In this document: in pieces, positions 37,242 to 45,246 of the stretch | Layout: each line of letters begins with the position of its first letter | Position numbering within the stretch: the stretch's first letter is position 1 | The notes under the pieces: model-generated | Seen by the model: only the letters and a program-made list of their open reading frames with translations | The model's database searches: none | What the model was told of the DNA's origin: nothing | DNA from: Acutalibacteraceae bacterium | Lineage (GTDB): Bacteria > Bacillota > Clostridia > Oscillospirales > Acutalibacteraceae | Assembly (NCBI GenBank): GCA_045596125.1 | Contig: JAZOBT010000089.1 | Span: forward strand, 1 to 61,921 | Length of the DNA stretch: 61,921 bases | Direction: 5' to 3' | Position numbers and translations under genes: made by a program

Positions 37242-37977
37242 TGATATTTCTCCTCTCCTGTTCTAATTCCTCCAAGCGGTATTGCGCCCGCTCAATATGC
37301 GTAATAGCGTCGATAAATTCCGGACACGGCGGCTCATCGGAACGCGTGGGCCGCTTGTTTTGGATGATCGTCTCGTAATGTCGCACCAAATCGAACATTT
37401 CCCAATAGTGAGCGGTCGCTTGCTCCTCTGCCCGTTTCCGCTCCCGCCGTTCCTTTTGCCGGCGCTCCTGCTCGGTGCGTGCACGTCTCCGAGCGGTCAA
37501 CGTTTGGTTGCCAAATAACCCGAGTGCAAAATCCGTGTCAATTCGACGCAGCGCATCGGCAAACCCGAGCCGAAACCACCGCCGCACAAACGTGATCACG
37601 TCGCCGCTCTCACTGCACCCGAAGCAATAATATGTGCCGTTCGGGTAGATCGTAAAAGACGCGTCCTTCTCTCCGTGAAACGGACAACACATTTTGTCGC
37701 GCTTGATCGTCTCGCCGGTATACCGTTCGATCAATTCCACGAGCGGGACCCGCTCCTTGATCTGCTCCTTGATATAGTCGTAGCTGTATATGGTCTTCCC
37801 CTCCCTTCCGATACCACAGAGGGCGCACCGCCGTCTCCGACAGCACGCCCCCCACGGCTTGACTTTTTCGCCGTTCTCGGCTATACTTGACGGTAGAGGT
37901 TTATCCTCTACTGTTCGGCACCCCTGCGAGCGTTTTCGGCGCTTATCGCGGGGGTGTTTCCTTTTGCTCGTCAACAT
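37186..37977 (-). CDS. CHC2 (DnaG-type) zinc-finger protein without a TOPRIM domain
   Basis: CCPFHGEKDASFTIYPNGTYYCFGCSESGDVITFV. The true start is uncertain: ATG 37977 has no SD, and GGGAGGGG precedes an ATA at 37791. Confidence 0.7.
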   Translation of the reverse strand: MLTSKRKHPRDKRRKRSQGCRTVEDKPLPSSIAENGEKVKPWGACCRRRRCALCGIGREGKTIYSYDYIKEQIKERVPLVELIERYTGETIKRDKMCCPFHGEKDASFTIYPNGTYYCFGCSESGDVITFVRRWFRLGFADALRRIDTDFALGLFGNQTLTARRRARTEQERRQKERRERKRAEEQATAHYWEMFDLVRHYETIIQNKRPTRSDEPPCPEFIDAITHIERAQYRLEELEQERRNIIDNHRKTDRGNDSSTTAQ

Positions 37978-38089
37978 TCAAAACCCGAAACAGCTTGTCC
38001 CATACGCGATCGGGGATCCACCGTTCAGCGGCCGCCGCGAGCACGAGGAACACAAGCAGCCAACATAAGGCAATCAGCAGTGCGGCCAT
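37943..38089 (-). CDS. 48-aa single-pass membrane protein
   Basis: AGGGAGG 7 nt before the ATG. MAALLIALCWLLVFLVLAAAAERW... Confidence 0.5.
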   Translation of the reverse strand: MAALLIALCWLLVFLVLAAAAERWIPDRVWDKLFRVLNVDEQKETPPR

Positions 38090-38307
38090 CCGATAACCTC
38101 CCTTTTCATCGGCGGAGCTGTCACGCAGTTGTCGGACAAGAACTGTTCCAAGACGTCCATATTGATCAGCGTTTTCTTGCCGATCTGAATACGCGGGAGC
38201 TTCCCTTGCTTCACCAGTTGGCGGATCGCCCATTCCGTGATCGGCGTTGCAGGATCCTCCGCCTTAAGCTCGCGCACCGCTTCGGGGATCGTTCGTACTC
38301 GAATCAT
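38074..38307 (-). CDS. xis: excisionase-type (HTH_17/MerR-like) DNA-binding protein
   Basis: ITEWAIRQLVKQGKLPRIQIGKKTLINMDVLEQFL. Confidence 0.65.
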   Translation of the reverse strand: MIRVRTIPEAVRELKAEDPATPITEWAIRQLVKQGKLPRIQIGKKTLINMDVLEQFLSDNCVTAPPMKREVIGWPHC

Positions 38308-38323
38308 TGTTCGCTCTCCTTTC

Positions 38324-38614
38324 TCATATCAGCTGACGTATCAGCACAGCAGGGACACCGATCACACGAAGAAGATCCCGATCGTACCCGTACAACTCGA
38401 TTGCCGGCTCCTTCGGATCCATCGGCACAAACCGCTCGCGATCGTCCTCTATGTACAGATTCCCGAGGATCTTTCGCCCGGCGTACTCAGCAAGTACCCG
38501 CTCGCCGTTGCCGCGCACGTTGCCGGCATTGATAAACAAAAGCAGATCACCGGCGCGGTAATCTTCGTTATCGCCCTGCACCGTCGAGGTGATCGGGCCG
38601 TCCCATTCAAGCAT
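38324..38614 (-). CDS. hypothetical protein (element cargo)
   Basis: 96-aa ORF, tightly packed within the operon. No recognisable motif. Confidence 0.5.
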   Translation of the reverse strand: MLEWDGPITSTVQGDNEDYRAGDLLLFINAGNVRGNGERVLAEYAGRKILGNLYIEDDRERFVPMDPKEPAIELYGYDRDLLRVIGVPAVLIRQLI

Positions 38615-38616
38615 CG

Positions 38617-38829
38617 TTATTCCTCCACACTGTCATTCCCGAAATATGCCCTTTCCCGTTGGATGCAATACTGCACCGCTGCCGGATGCTTGACAAAGCA
38701 CAGCACAACGATATCGGGATCTTGAAGCATCACCACCGCATATACAGGAAGTGCGCTTTCAAAGATCGAAGGACGGACCCCGTAATGCTTTGTGATCTGC
38801 TCCGCCTTATCTAAAAAGTGATAGTTCAT
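38617..38829 (-). CDS. hypothetical protein (element cargo)
   Basis: 70-aa ORF starting at MNYHFLDKAEQ. The stop is 3 nt before the next gene. Confidence 0.45.
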   Translation of the reverse strand: MNYHFLDKAEQITKHYGVRPSIFESALPVYAVVMLQDPDIVVLCFVKHPAAVQYCIQRERAYFGNDSVEE

Positions 38830-38843
38830 TTTGTCACCCTTCC

Positions 38844-39026
38844 TCAGTACAGAAAGACCTCGTCCACGGTACGACCGAGAGCGGCCGCTACCTTCAGCAT
38901 CGTGTGCGTAGTGGTTACACAGTTCTCGCTCTCCAGCTCGGCAATGTGGGCGGCTGTCACTCCTGCCCTGTCTGCCAATTCTTCCCGTGACCATCCTTTT
39001 TCTGTTCGCAATTCCTTCATCCTCAT
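38844..39026 (-). CDS. XRE-family HTH protein
   Basis: MKELRTEKGWSREELADRAGVTAAHIAELE. Confidence 0.7.
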   Translation of the reverse strand: MRMKELRTEKGWSREELADRAGVTAAHIAELESENCVTTTHTMLKVAAALGRTVDEVFLY

Positions 39027-39039
39027 TCCGTTTTCCTCC

Positions 39040-39231
39040 CTACCCAAAAATCTCCTGCACGGTTTTTCCAAAGAGCCGTGCAAACCGCTCTTTTACCTCG
39101 TCGCGCGGCACACGTTCTCCCTGCTCGTACGCAGTTAACGCTGCTACGCTGATACCCAGCGCGGCCGCCAACAGCTCTCGATGGACGGATCCGCGCATCT
39201 CCTTCAGCCGTTGCCCGATATTTGTCTGCAT
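39040..39231 (-). CDS. XRE-family HTH protein
   Basis: IGQRLKEMRGSVHRELLAAALGISVAALTAYEQGERVP. Confidence 0.75.
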   Translation of the reverse strand: MQTNIGQRLKEMRGSVHRELLAAALGISVAALTAYEQGERVPRDEVKERFARLFGKTVQEIFG

Positions 39232-39243
39232 TTTCTTCTCCCT

Positions 39244-39885
39244 TCAGCACGTGACCGCGCACGTGCGCTGTATGTACCCGGCAAACTGCCGCACGATCTG
39301 CAGTTCTGTTAGGGTGAGCGGTTGTCCGCTCCGCTTACGTTGTCGGATCCGCTCAGCCACCGGCTCGGCGTCCTCCGGCAATGTCTTACACAGCAGTGCA
39401 ATTTCCTCCGGTGTTTCAGCGCCGCAAAGCATCAGCACACATTCCGGCATCAGCAGTTCGCCGGCAAACGCATCCGCCTCCTGCTCCATTCGGCTGTAGG
39501 AAATCGTCCTGCCCGTTACAACGTGGGCCGCGCCATCCTCCGACACCCACTGCCACGACCCCGCGTGGCCGCGCATTATGTGCCCCAATTCGTGCGCCAC
39601 AGTGAACCGTTGGTACTCGATACAATTACGGTTATCTACAAACGAGTACGGTTTCCCTTTCAAGATCGTGCAATACCCCGCGCCGTTCCTTGAGGGATTT
39701 CGCTTACTCGTGAAAATGTGAGGTTTTCCGTTTCGTATTCCATAGCAGCCGTTGCTATCGTCGGTCGGATAGTAGACCTTACTGGAGATCCCCATACTCT
39801 CACATATCGGATACGTCTTAATCGGCAGCTCCGTGTCTCCGTGCTCCAGTAATACCCGCTGCGCCGTCTCCTTCGCTACGTTCAT
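39244..39885 (-). CDS. ImmA/IrrE-family zinc metallopeptidase
   Basis: FTVAHELGHIM (HExxH) with a downstream EADAFAGELLMP motif. Confidence 0.8.
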   Translation of the reverse strand: MNVAKETAQRVLLEHGDTELPIKTYPICESMGISSKVYYPTDDSNGCYGIRNGKPHIFTSKRNPSRNGAGYCTILKGKPYSFVDNRNCIEYQRFTVAHELGHIMRGHAGSWQWVSEDGAAHVVTGRTISYSRMEQEADAFAGELLMPECVLMLCGAETPEEIALLCKTLPEDAEPVAERIRQRKRSGQPLTLTELQIVRQFAGYIQRTCAVTC

Positions 39886-40139
39886 TGGTTGCCCCGCTCC
39901 TTTTCAGCGCTTTTCTCGTCGTGGTACGTATCAAACGCTTTGCGGAGATCTGTTTGAATATGCATCAGCTCGTCGATCGGCGACATAAGAATCGCACCGA
40001 GATCTTCGTCGATATCCAAAATGTGATCGCACAAAACGCTGAATGTTTTTGCAAGATATTCAAGATCGTTTATTCGGCTGTCGAGTTTTATCCACGGGAC
40101 AGTGTTTTCTGTCGTTGGCGCCTTTTTCTCTCTGCTCAT
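39882..40139 (-). CDS. hypothetical protein (element)
   Basis: 85-aa acidic ORF. Its stop overlaps the ImmA start. Confidence 0.5.
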   Translation of the reverse strand: MSREKKAPTTENTVPWIKLDSRINDLEYLAKTFSVLCDHILDIDEDLGAILMSPIDELMHIQTDLRKAFDTYHDEKSAEKERGNQ

Positions 40140-40166
40140 TGTTTGGTTTTTCTCCTCTCTGTTCGG

Positions 40167-40183
40167 TTACGCTTAAAGCGTAA
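40167..40183. promoter_or_regulatory. operator palindrome copy O1
   Basis: TTACGCT-TAA-AGCGTAA. Confidence 0.5.
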
Positions 40184-40185
40184 TT

Positions 40186-40377
40186 TTAGGGCAAAAAATT
40201 GATTTGATCATAGTTCACCCTGTATGTACGCTCGATCTCCGGAATTTTGGAAACTGCCGGGAACGACTTCCCACTCTCCCAATTCACAAGCGTTTCGCGC
40301 GACACACCGATGCTCTTTGCTGCTTCAGCTTGCGTCATACCCACGTTGATGCGTGCCGCTTTCAGTGTCACCTTCAT
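40186..40377 (-). CDS. Cro-like XRE-family HTH protein
   Basis: 63 aa. ARINVGMTQAEAAKSIGVSRETLVNWESGK. Divergent from the repressor gene. Confidence 0.75.
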   Translation of the reverse strand: MKVTLKAARINVGMTQAEAAKSIGVSRETLVNWESGKSFPAVSKIPEIERTYRVNYDQINFLP

Positions 40378-40398
40378 TTCTCCACCTCCTTTTCCAAT

Positions 40399-40508
40399 TT
40401 ACGCTAAAAGCGTAATTTCAGTATAGCATAATTACATTTCTTTTGTCAACGCTAAAAGTGTAATTTTTTCGATTTCGTGTTGACTTTTTTACATTTTAGG
40501 CGTATAAT
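40399..40508. promoter_or_regulatory. genetic-switch region: operators O2/O3 overlapping divergent promoters
   Basis: O2 is TTACGCT-AAA-AGCGTAA (40399-40415). O3 is AACGCT-AAA-AGTGTAA (40447-40463). Minus-strand promoter: TTGACA (40449-40444), 18 nt, TATACT (40425-40420). Plus-strand promoter: TTGACT (40480), 17 nt, TATAAT (40503). Confidence 0.6.
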
Positions 40509-40534
40509 CTAATCACAAGAGGAGGCGATCAACC

Positions 40535-41185
40535 GTGAGCGACTTAGGAAACAAAGACGTTTTTGCCTATAATTTAAAACGCTATATGGAGAAAAAAGGC
40601 GTAGACCGGAACCAGTTATGTTCCGCCCTCGGCCTTAAATATTCCACCGTGTCGGAGTGGATCACCGCAAAAAAATATCCCCGCATTGATAGAATAGAAC
40701 TGCTAGCTAGATACTTTGCTATTCAAAAATCCGACTTGATAGAAAGAGAGCGCACGGGCACCGCCGCTCCCGCTCTGCCGAGCAACATCCTCCCCCTCCC
40801 CAAAACGCGGAAGATTCCCCTGCTCGGTACCATCGCTTGCGGTGAGCCGATCACGGCCGTGGAGAACGTGGAGCAATATATTGACGTAGCCGACGATATC
40901 CATTGCACGTTTGCGCTGCGGTGCAAAGGCGACAGTATGATCGACGCGCGGATCATGGACGGCGACGTGGTATATATCCGCGAACAACCACAGGTGGAAA
41001 ACGGCGAGATCGCCGCGGTTCTCATCGAGGATGAAGCGACATTGAAACGTGTATATTTATCCGAGGGAGTTGTGCAGCTCGTCCCCTGTAATGCCAAATA
41101 CTCCCCGATGGTATATACCGACGCACAGCTCGACACCATCCGCATTCTCGGCAAAGCCGTGGCGTTTACCAGTCTTGTGCGATGA
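40535..41185 (+). CDS. CI/LexA-like repressor (XRE HTH + S24 peptidase)
   Basis: GTG 9 nt after AGGAGG. HTH is NQLCSALGLKYSTVSEWI. S24 Ser (KGDSM) and Lys (TLKRV). Putative cleavage site reads IACGEP. Confidence 0.85.
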   Translation: MSDLGNKDVFAYNLKRYMEKKGVDRNQLCSALGLKYSTVSEWITAKKYPRIDRIELLARYFAIQKSDLIERERTGTAAPALPSNILPLPKTRKIPLLGTIACGEPITAVENVEQYIDVADDIHCTFALRCKGDSMIDARIMDGDVVYIREQPQVENGEIAAVLIEDEATLKRVYLSEGVVQLVPCNAKYSPMVYTDAQLDTIRILGKAVAFTSLVR

Positions 41186-41354
41186 AACAACCCACTCAAA
41201 GCAAATAAAAAAGGCCCCGCTCCTGCGCCAACAGGAACGGGACCACACCGCCGGAGGTATCACCCTATGACAGTACACCCTAGAAGGCACTGTTATTGTA
41301 ACATACCTCCGGCTGAAATTACAACCTAATTTTAGCCAGGGAGGTATTTTTATT

Positions 41355-42734
41355 ATGGCAACTATCGAAAAACGTGGAAACACTTACAGGATCGTGGTGT
41401 CGGCAGGGTACGCGATGGACGGCAAACAGATCCGCCGCCGAATGACGTGGACGCCCGAGCCGGGAATGACGGAGCGGCAGATCACCAAAGAGGTACAGCG
41501 ACAGGCCGTGCTGTTTGAGGAAAAGGTTATGAGCGGGCAAGTGCTTGACGGTTCGATCCGCTTTGCCGAGTTCGCCGAATATTGGATGAATGAGTACGCC
41601 GAGAAGCAGTTGCGGCCCTCCACCATACACGGCTATCAGCGGATGATCGACAGGATCCTGCCGGCGTTGGGAAATATCCGTCTTGACCGACTACAGCCCC
41701 GCCACCTAATGGAATTTTACAACGAGCTTGCCGCCGAAGGACGGCTCAACGGTCTCACCTACACAGCGAAAAGAGATCTGTCGGCGTTGGCAAAGGAGCG
41801 CGGATTGCGGCACAAGGACATTACACAGACGAGCGGTTTGCCAAAGGGAACGGTCGCCCAAGCATTTCGCGGTGTTGCTCCGATCTCCAAGAGATCCGCA
41901 CAAGGGATCGCGGCGGCGCTGGATCTACCGCTCGGAGATCTGTTTGCGGTCGTAGAGCGTGACCGCTCCCTATCCGGCAACACCGTGCTGCACTATCATC
42001 GGCTGCTTTCCTCGATGCTGGAGAAAGCCGTCAAATGGCAAGTCTTATTCTCCAATCCATGCCGACGTGTGGAAGCCCCCAAACTTGAACACAAAGAAGC
42101 TGTATACCTCGACGATGAACAAACAAGGCAACTTTTGCTCTGTTTGCAGAACGAGCCGTTACAGTACCGCTCGATCGTGACGCTACTGCTGTATACCGGA
42201 ATGCGACGCGGAGAGCTGTGCGGCCTTGAATGGTCGGACATTGATTTCGAAAACTGCCTTGTGGACATCTCCCGATCGTCACTGTATATCACCGGACGCG
42301 GCGTGTTCGATGATGAAACTAAGACGCAATCCTCACGCCGTGTGATCAAAGTGCCGCCGGAGGCGTTGGAGCTGTTGCGGGAACATCGGAAGGAGCAAGC
42401 CGAGACGCGGATCCTGCTCGGTGATCGGTGGACGAACAGTGGCAAGATCTTCACGCAGTGGGACGGTAAACCGATTCATCCCGACACATTGACGCGATGG
42501 TTTTCGGATTTCATCAAGCACAATGATCTGCCGCCGATCCATCTGCACAGTCTGCGCCACACCAACGCCACGTTGTTGATCGCCGCCGGTGCCGATCTGC
42601 GTACCGTGTCAAAACGCCTCGGCCACAGCAACCTAACCACGACCGGAAATATCTACACCCACGCGATACAGTCCGCCGATGAGCGAGCCGCCGCACTGTT
42701 GGGCGACATCCTCCACCCGGTGAAAAGAGCATAA
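41355..42734 (+). CDS. int: tyrosine site-specific integrase
   Basis: N-terminal arm-binding-type domain (MATIEKRGNTYRIVV), SAM-like core-binding domain, and catalytic R...HSLRHT...LGHSNLTTTGNIYTH. Confidence 0.92.
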   Translation: MATIEKRGNTYRIVVSAGYAMDGKQIRRRMTWTPEPGMTERQITKEVQRQAVLFEEKVMSGQVLDGSIRFAEFAEYWMNEYAEKQLRPSTIHGYQRMIDRILPALGNIRLDRLQPRHLMEFYNELAAEGRLNGLTYTAKRDLSALAKERGLRHKDITQTSGLPKGTVAQAFRGVAPISKRSAQGIAAALDLPLGDLFAVVERDRSLSGNTVLHYHRLLSSMLEKAVKWQVLFSNPCRRVEAPKLEHKEAVYLDDEQTRQLLLCLQNEPLQYRSIVTLLLYTGMRRGELCGLEWSDIDFENCLVDISRSSLYITGRGVFDDETKTQSSRRVIKVPPEALELLREHRKEQAETRILLGDRWTNSGKIFTQWDGKPIHPDTLTRWFSDFIKHNDLPPIHLHSLRHTNATLLIAAGADLRTVSKRLGHSNLTTTGNIYTHAIQSADERAAALLGDILHPVKRA

Positions 42735-42738
42735 AAAA

Positions 42739-42770
42739 GCCCGCTCGATCGTGAGCGGGTTTTGCTTTTG
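42739..42770 (+). terminator. int terminator
   Basis: GCCCGCTC-GATCGT-GAGCGGGT followed by TTTGCTTTTG. Confidence 0.65.
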
Positions 42771-43084
42771 TGCCGGCGAAAATAGACCACTTGTTCCGCA
42801 CTATTGTTTCACGGGAAATGAGAAACGCCAAAAAGCCCGTAAAGCCGCACCACACCGTACTTTGTGAGCAATGACAACGAGAATATGTGAGGGAGAAGAA
42901 ACAAAGCATAGGCAACGCTTTAAAAATAGCGCCGCAAATCTACGTACAATGCCCGTACTTTGCTTAGAATTGCCCAAATTTCGCGTTTTCTTGTTTCAGC
43001 CATCAAAGGAGATTACCAAACTAAGCAAGCGCCTAAAAGGCAAACAGGCGAGCAACGCCAAGCAAAGACAACCATCACAATCTT

Positions 43085-43115
43085 TTTGGGGTTTATTTGG
43101 GGTTTGTTGGGGTTC
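43085..43115 (+). repeat. putative arm-type integrase sites, right arm
   Basis: TTTGGGGTTTATTTGGGGTTTGTTGGGGTTC (three units). Confidence 0.5.
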
Positions 43116-43223
43116 ATAAACCCCAAGATTTCATCCTGCGTTCCAAGGAACGAACATCAAAAAACCGCATAAAATCAAGCCTTTCCACGTTTCACAAAAA
43201 GATAACAAACGCGGAAAATAGAA

Positions 43224-43230
43224 CTTAAAA
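43224..43230 (+). repeat. attR core CTTAAAA (reads as a tRNA-Leu UAA anticodon loop)
   Basis: These are the last 7 bp before the host ORF resumes at 43231. In the circular form it abuts the tRNA 3' fragment at 34601. Confidence 0.65.
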
Positions 43231-43417
43231 ACTTAATTCTGAATATCTTGATGCAGTATATTCAAAAGCTTTTTGCTTTGAAGAAATGGGAGATTATAAA
43301 AAAGCATATGATACTTGGCTTTTCATCATTGATTCATTAAAGAAAGATGGTTACCATATAGAAGTAAAAAGAGAAGAAGAACGAGCACAAGCGTGTTTAG
43401 AAAAAATCAAACGGTAA
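43231..43417 (+). pseudogene. XRE-HTH/TPR regulator, 3' portion
   Basis: In frame with 34599-34600 (AA + A = Lys): KLNSEYLDAVYSKAFCFEEMGDYKKAYDTWLFIIDSLKKDGYHIEVKREEERAQACLEKIKR*. Same AT-rich composition as the 5' part. Confidence 0.75.
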
Positions 43418-43420
43418 CGA

Positions 43421-43455
43421 TGAAAGCAGGGATTAATTCCCTGCTTTCATTTTGT
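43421..43455 (+). terminator. terminator of the TPR regulator gene
   Basis: GAAAGCAGGGA-TTAA-TTCCCTGCTTTC followed by ATTTTG. Confidence 0.65.
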
Positions 43456-43504
43456 CCCTATTGTATCTCAACCATAGCATAATCGCTAGCGCTTTTCCAG
43501 TTGT

Positions 43505-43545
43505 ATTCCGATTATCGTCGGAGTGATATAACTTACCTGAGACAA
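43505..43545. repeat. second copy of the 21.1-kb repeat unit
   Basis: TATTCCG-N8-CGGAGTGATA-N4-TTACCT here, against TATTCCG-N7-CGGAGTGATA-N3-TTACCT at 21126-21158. Confidence 0.45.
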
Positions 43546-43547
43546 AT

Positions 43548-43587
43548 AAAACTGGCGTAGTGTCCTTTACAACACTACGCCAGTTTT
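43548..43587 (-). terminator. terminator of the cysE-cysS-HMA operon
   Basis: AAAACTGGCGTAGTGT / ACACTACGCCAGTTTT 16-bp stem. Minus strand has TTTTATTT after it. Confidence 0.65.
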
Positions 43588-43804
43588 ATATTACAGAAAA
43601 TCCCGCGTTGGCAAGTGCCGTCGTCATTTCCGACACGGTCGTCTTATCGGGATAAAACGACACATTTGCCGCATCGCGCCGCACCGATGCCGATCGCACA
43701 CCCGGTATGTCACGTAATACCTGTGCCGCCGCCTTGCGCGTCGCGGCATCGTGCACACCGTCCAATTTCATTGTAATGGATTCGGCTTTCGAAAACATAG
43801 GCAC
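43586..43804 (-). CDS. HMA-fold (heavy-metal-associated-like) small protein lacking the CxxC motif
   Basis: ITMKLDGVHDAATRKAAAQVLRDIPGVRSASV...TALANAGFSV follows the ferredoxin-like HMA pattern. GVHD replaces the metal-binding CxxC. Confidence 0.5.
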   Translation of the reverse strand: MPMFSKAESITMKLDGVHDAATRKAAAQVLRDIPGVRSASVRRDAANVSFYPDKTTVSEMTTALANAGFSVI

Positions 43805-43848
43805 TCCCCCTTTTCACAGGGTAGTATACCTCGTTTTTACACGGTTAT

Positions 43849-45246
43849 TCAAACACGATGCCACTTGGCGCCTTGCGGCGTGTCTTCCACCACAATGCCG
43901 CGTGCTTTCAGTTCATCACGAATGCGATCCGACTCTGCCCAATTCTTCTCCGCACGCGCCTTGGCACGTGCTTCAATGAGCGCCTCGATCTCCGCATCGT
44001 CCTCGCTCGCGGCTCCGCGGCTGTACAATAAGCCCAGCACACCCGCCAACTCGTTAAACGCTTTGAGCGCCGTCTCGCAGCTACCCGCCGTCGGCTGATC
44101 GTTAGCAATCATCAGGTTGCAATCTTTCGCCAATTCAAACAACGCCGAGATGGCATCCGCGGTGTTCATATCGTCATCCATCGCGTCAATGAACTGCTGG
44201 CGGCGTCTCTCGCAGAAAGCCTCGACGGCCGCATCTGCCTCGCCCACGGGCGCGTTTTTCAACGCAAAGTCCAAGCCGTTGCGGCAATTGTACAAGCGAT
44301 CCAACGCCGCCGTCGCCTGCTCAATGCTCTCATCGTTGTAGTTGATGGGGCTGCGGTAAGACGAGGAGATCAAGAAGAACCGAATCGGCTCGTACCCGAA
44401 TTTCTCTGCCACGTCACGCACTGTGAAGAAATTGCCGAGCGATTTCGACATTTTTTTATTATCGACATTGATGTAACCGTTATGCATCCAATACCGCGCA
44501 AACGGTGCATCGTTGCAGCATTCGCTCTGTGCCACTTCGTTTTCGTGGTGCGGGAAGATTAGATCTTGACCACCGCAGTGAATATCAATGGAACGGCCCA
44601 AATAACGGCGCGCCATCGCGGAACATTCAATGTGCCAGCCGGGGCGTCCTTCGCTCCACGGTGACGGCCAAAACGGCTCGCCGGGTTTCGCTGCTTTCCA
44701 CAACGCGAAATCCAACGCATCTTCCTTTTCTTCACCCACACCGATGCGCGCACCCGACTCCAGATCATCAATGGGTTGATGCGACAGCTTACCGTACCCC
44801 TCATCGCGACGCGTACGGAAATACACGTCACCGTTATCGGCACGGTATGCATATCCTTTTTCCTCTAATGTACGAATGATGTCGATGATCTCGTTCATAT
44901 TTTCGGTAGCACGCGGATGCACCGTCGCCTCACGCACACCAAGCCCCTTGGCGTCCACCGTAAACTCGGCAATGTAGCGCTCCGAGATCGTCTTGTAATC
45001 CACGCCTTCCTCATTAGCACGGCGAATGATCTTGTCGTCAATGTCAGTAAAGTTCTGAACAAAACGAACCTCCCAACCGCGCCACTCCAAATAACGGCGC
45101 AGCACATCAAACACGCACAACGGACGCGCGTTACCGATGTGGATGTAGTTGTACACCGTCGGTCCACACGCGTAAATGCGCACCACGCCGGGTTCTAATG
45201 TGACGAGTTCTTCTTTTTCACGCGCCATCGTATTGTAAATTCTCAT
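43849..45246 (-). CDS. cysS: cysteine--tRNA ligase
   Basis: [18 protein letters not shown] (HIGH) and KMSKSLGN (KMSKS). Confidence 0.96.
   Translation of the reverse strand: MRIYNTMAREKEELVTLEPGVVRIYACGPTVYNYIHIGNARPLCVFDVLRRYLEWRGWEVRFVQNFTDIDDKIIRRANEEGVDYKTISERYIAEFTVDAKGLGVREATVHPRATENMNEIIDIIRTLEEKGYAYRADNGDVYFRTRRDEGYGKLSHQPIDDLESGARIGVGEEKEDALDFALWKAAKPGEPFWPSPWSEGRPGWHIECSAMARRYLGRSIDIHCGGQDLIFPHHENEVAQSECCNDAPFARYWMHNGYINVDNKKMSKSLGNFFTVRDVAEKFGYEPIRFFLISSSYRSPINYNDESIEQATAALDRLYNCRNGLDFALKNAPVGEADAAVEAFCERRRQQFIDAMDDDMNTADAISALFELAKDCNLMIANDQPTAGSCETALKAFNELAGVLGLLYSRGAASEDDAEIEALIEARAKARAEKNWAESDRIRDELKARGIVVEDTPQGAKWHRV

Larger units (their letters stand above)
34601..43230. mobile_element. 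8.6-kb integrative, satellite/PICI-like element (int, repressor switch, xis-like, CHC2 zinc-finger protein + VirE, ori; no virion genes)
   Basis: There is an abrupt composition change at both ends. The host ORF is restored in frame when 34600 is joined to 43231. Also has a tyrosine integrase, att cores and arm-type repeats. Confidence 0.8.

Noticed and set aside
37791-37977. ATA initiation for the CHC2 zinc-finger gene (GGGAGGGG 6 nt upstream of ATA at 37791)
   Set aside because: An in-frame ATG exists at 37977, so a non-canonical start is not required. It is noted only because the same RBS-ATA pattern occurs at 35114, and the start remains uncertain.
42871-43172. Plus-strand ORFs (82 aa and 70 aa) between the int terminator and attR
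   Set aside because: There is no RBS, and they span the arm-type repeat region (TTTGGGGTTT units). They are more plausibly non-coding attP arm DNA.
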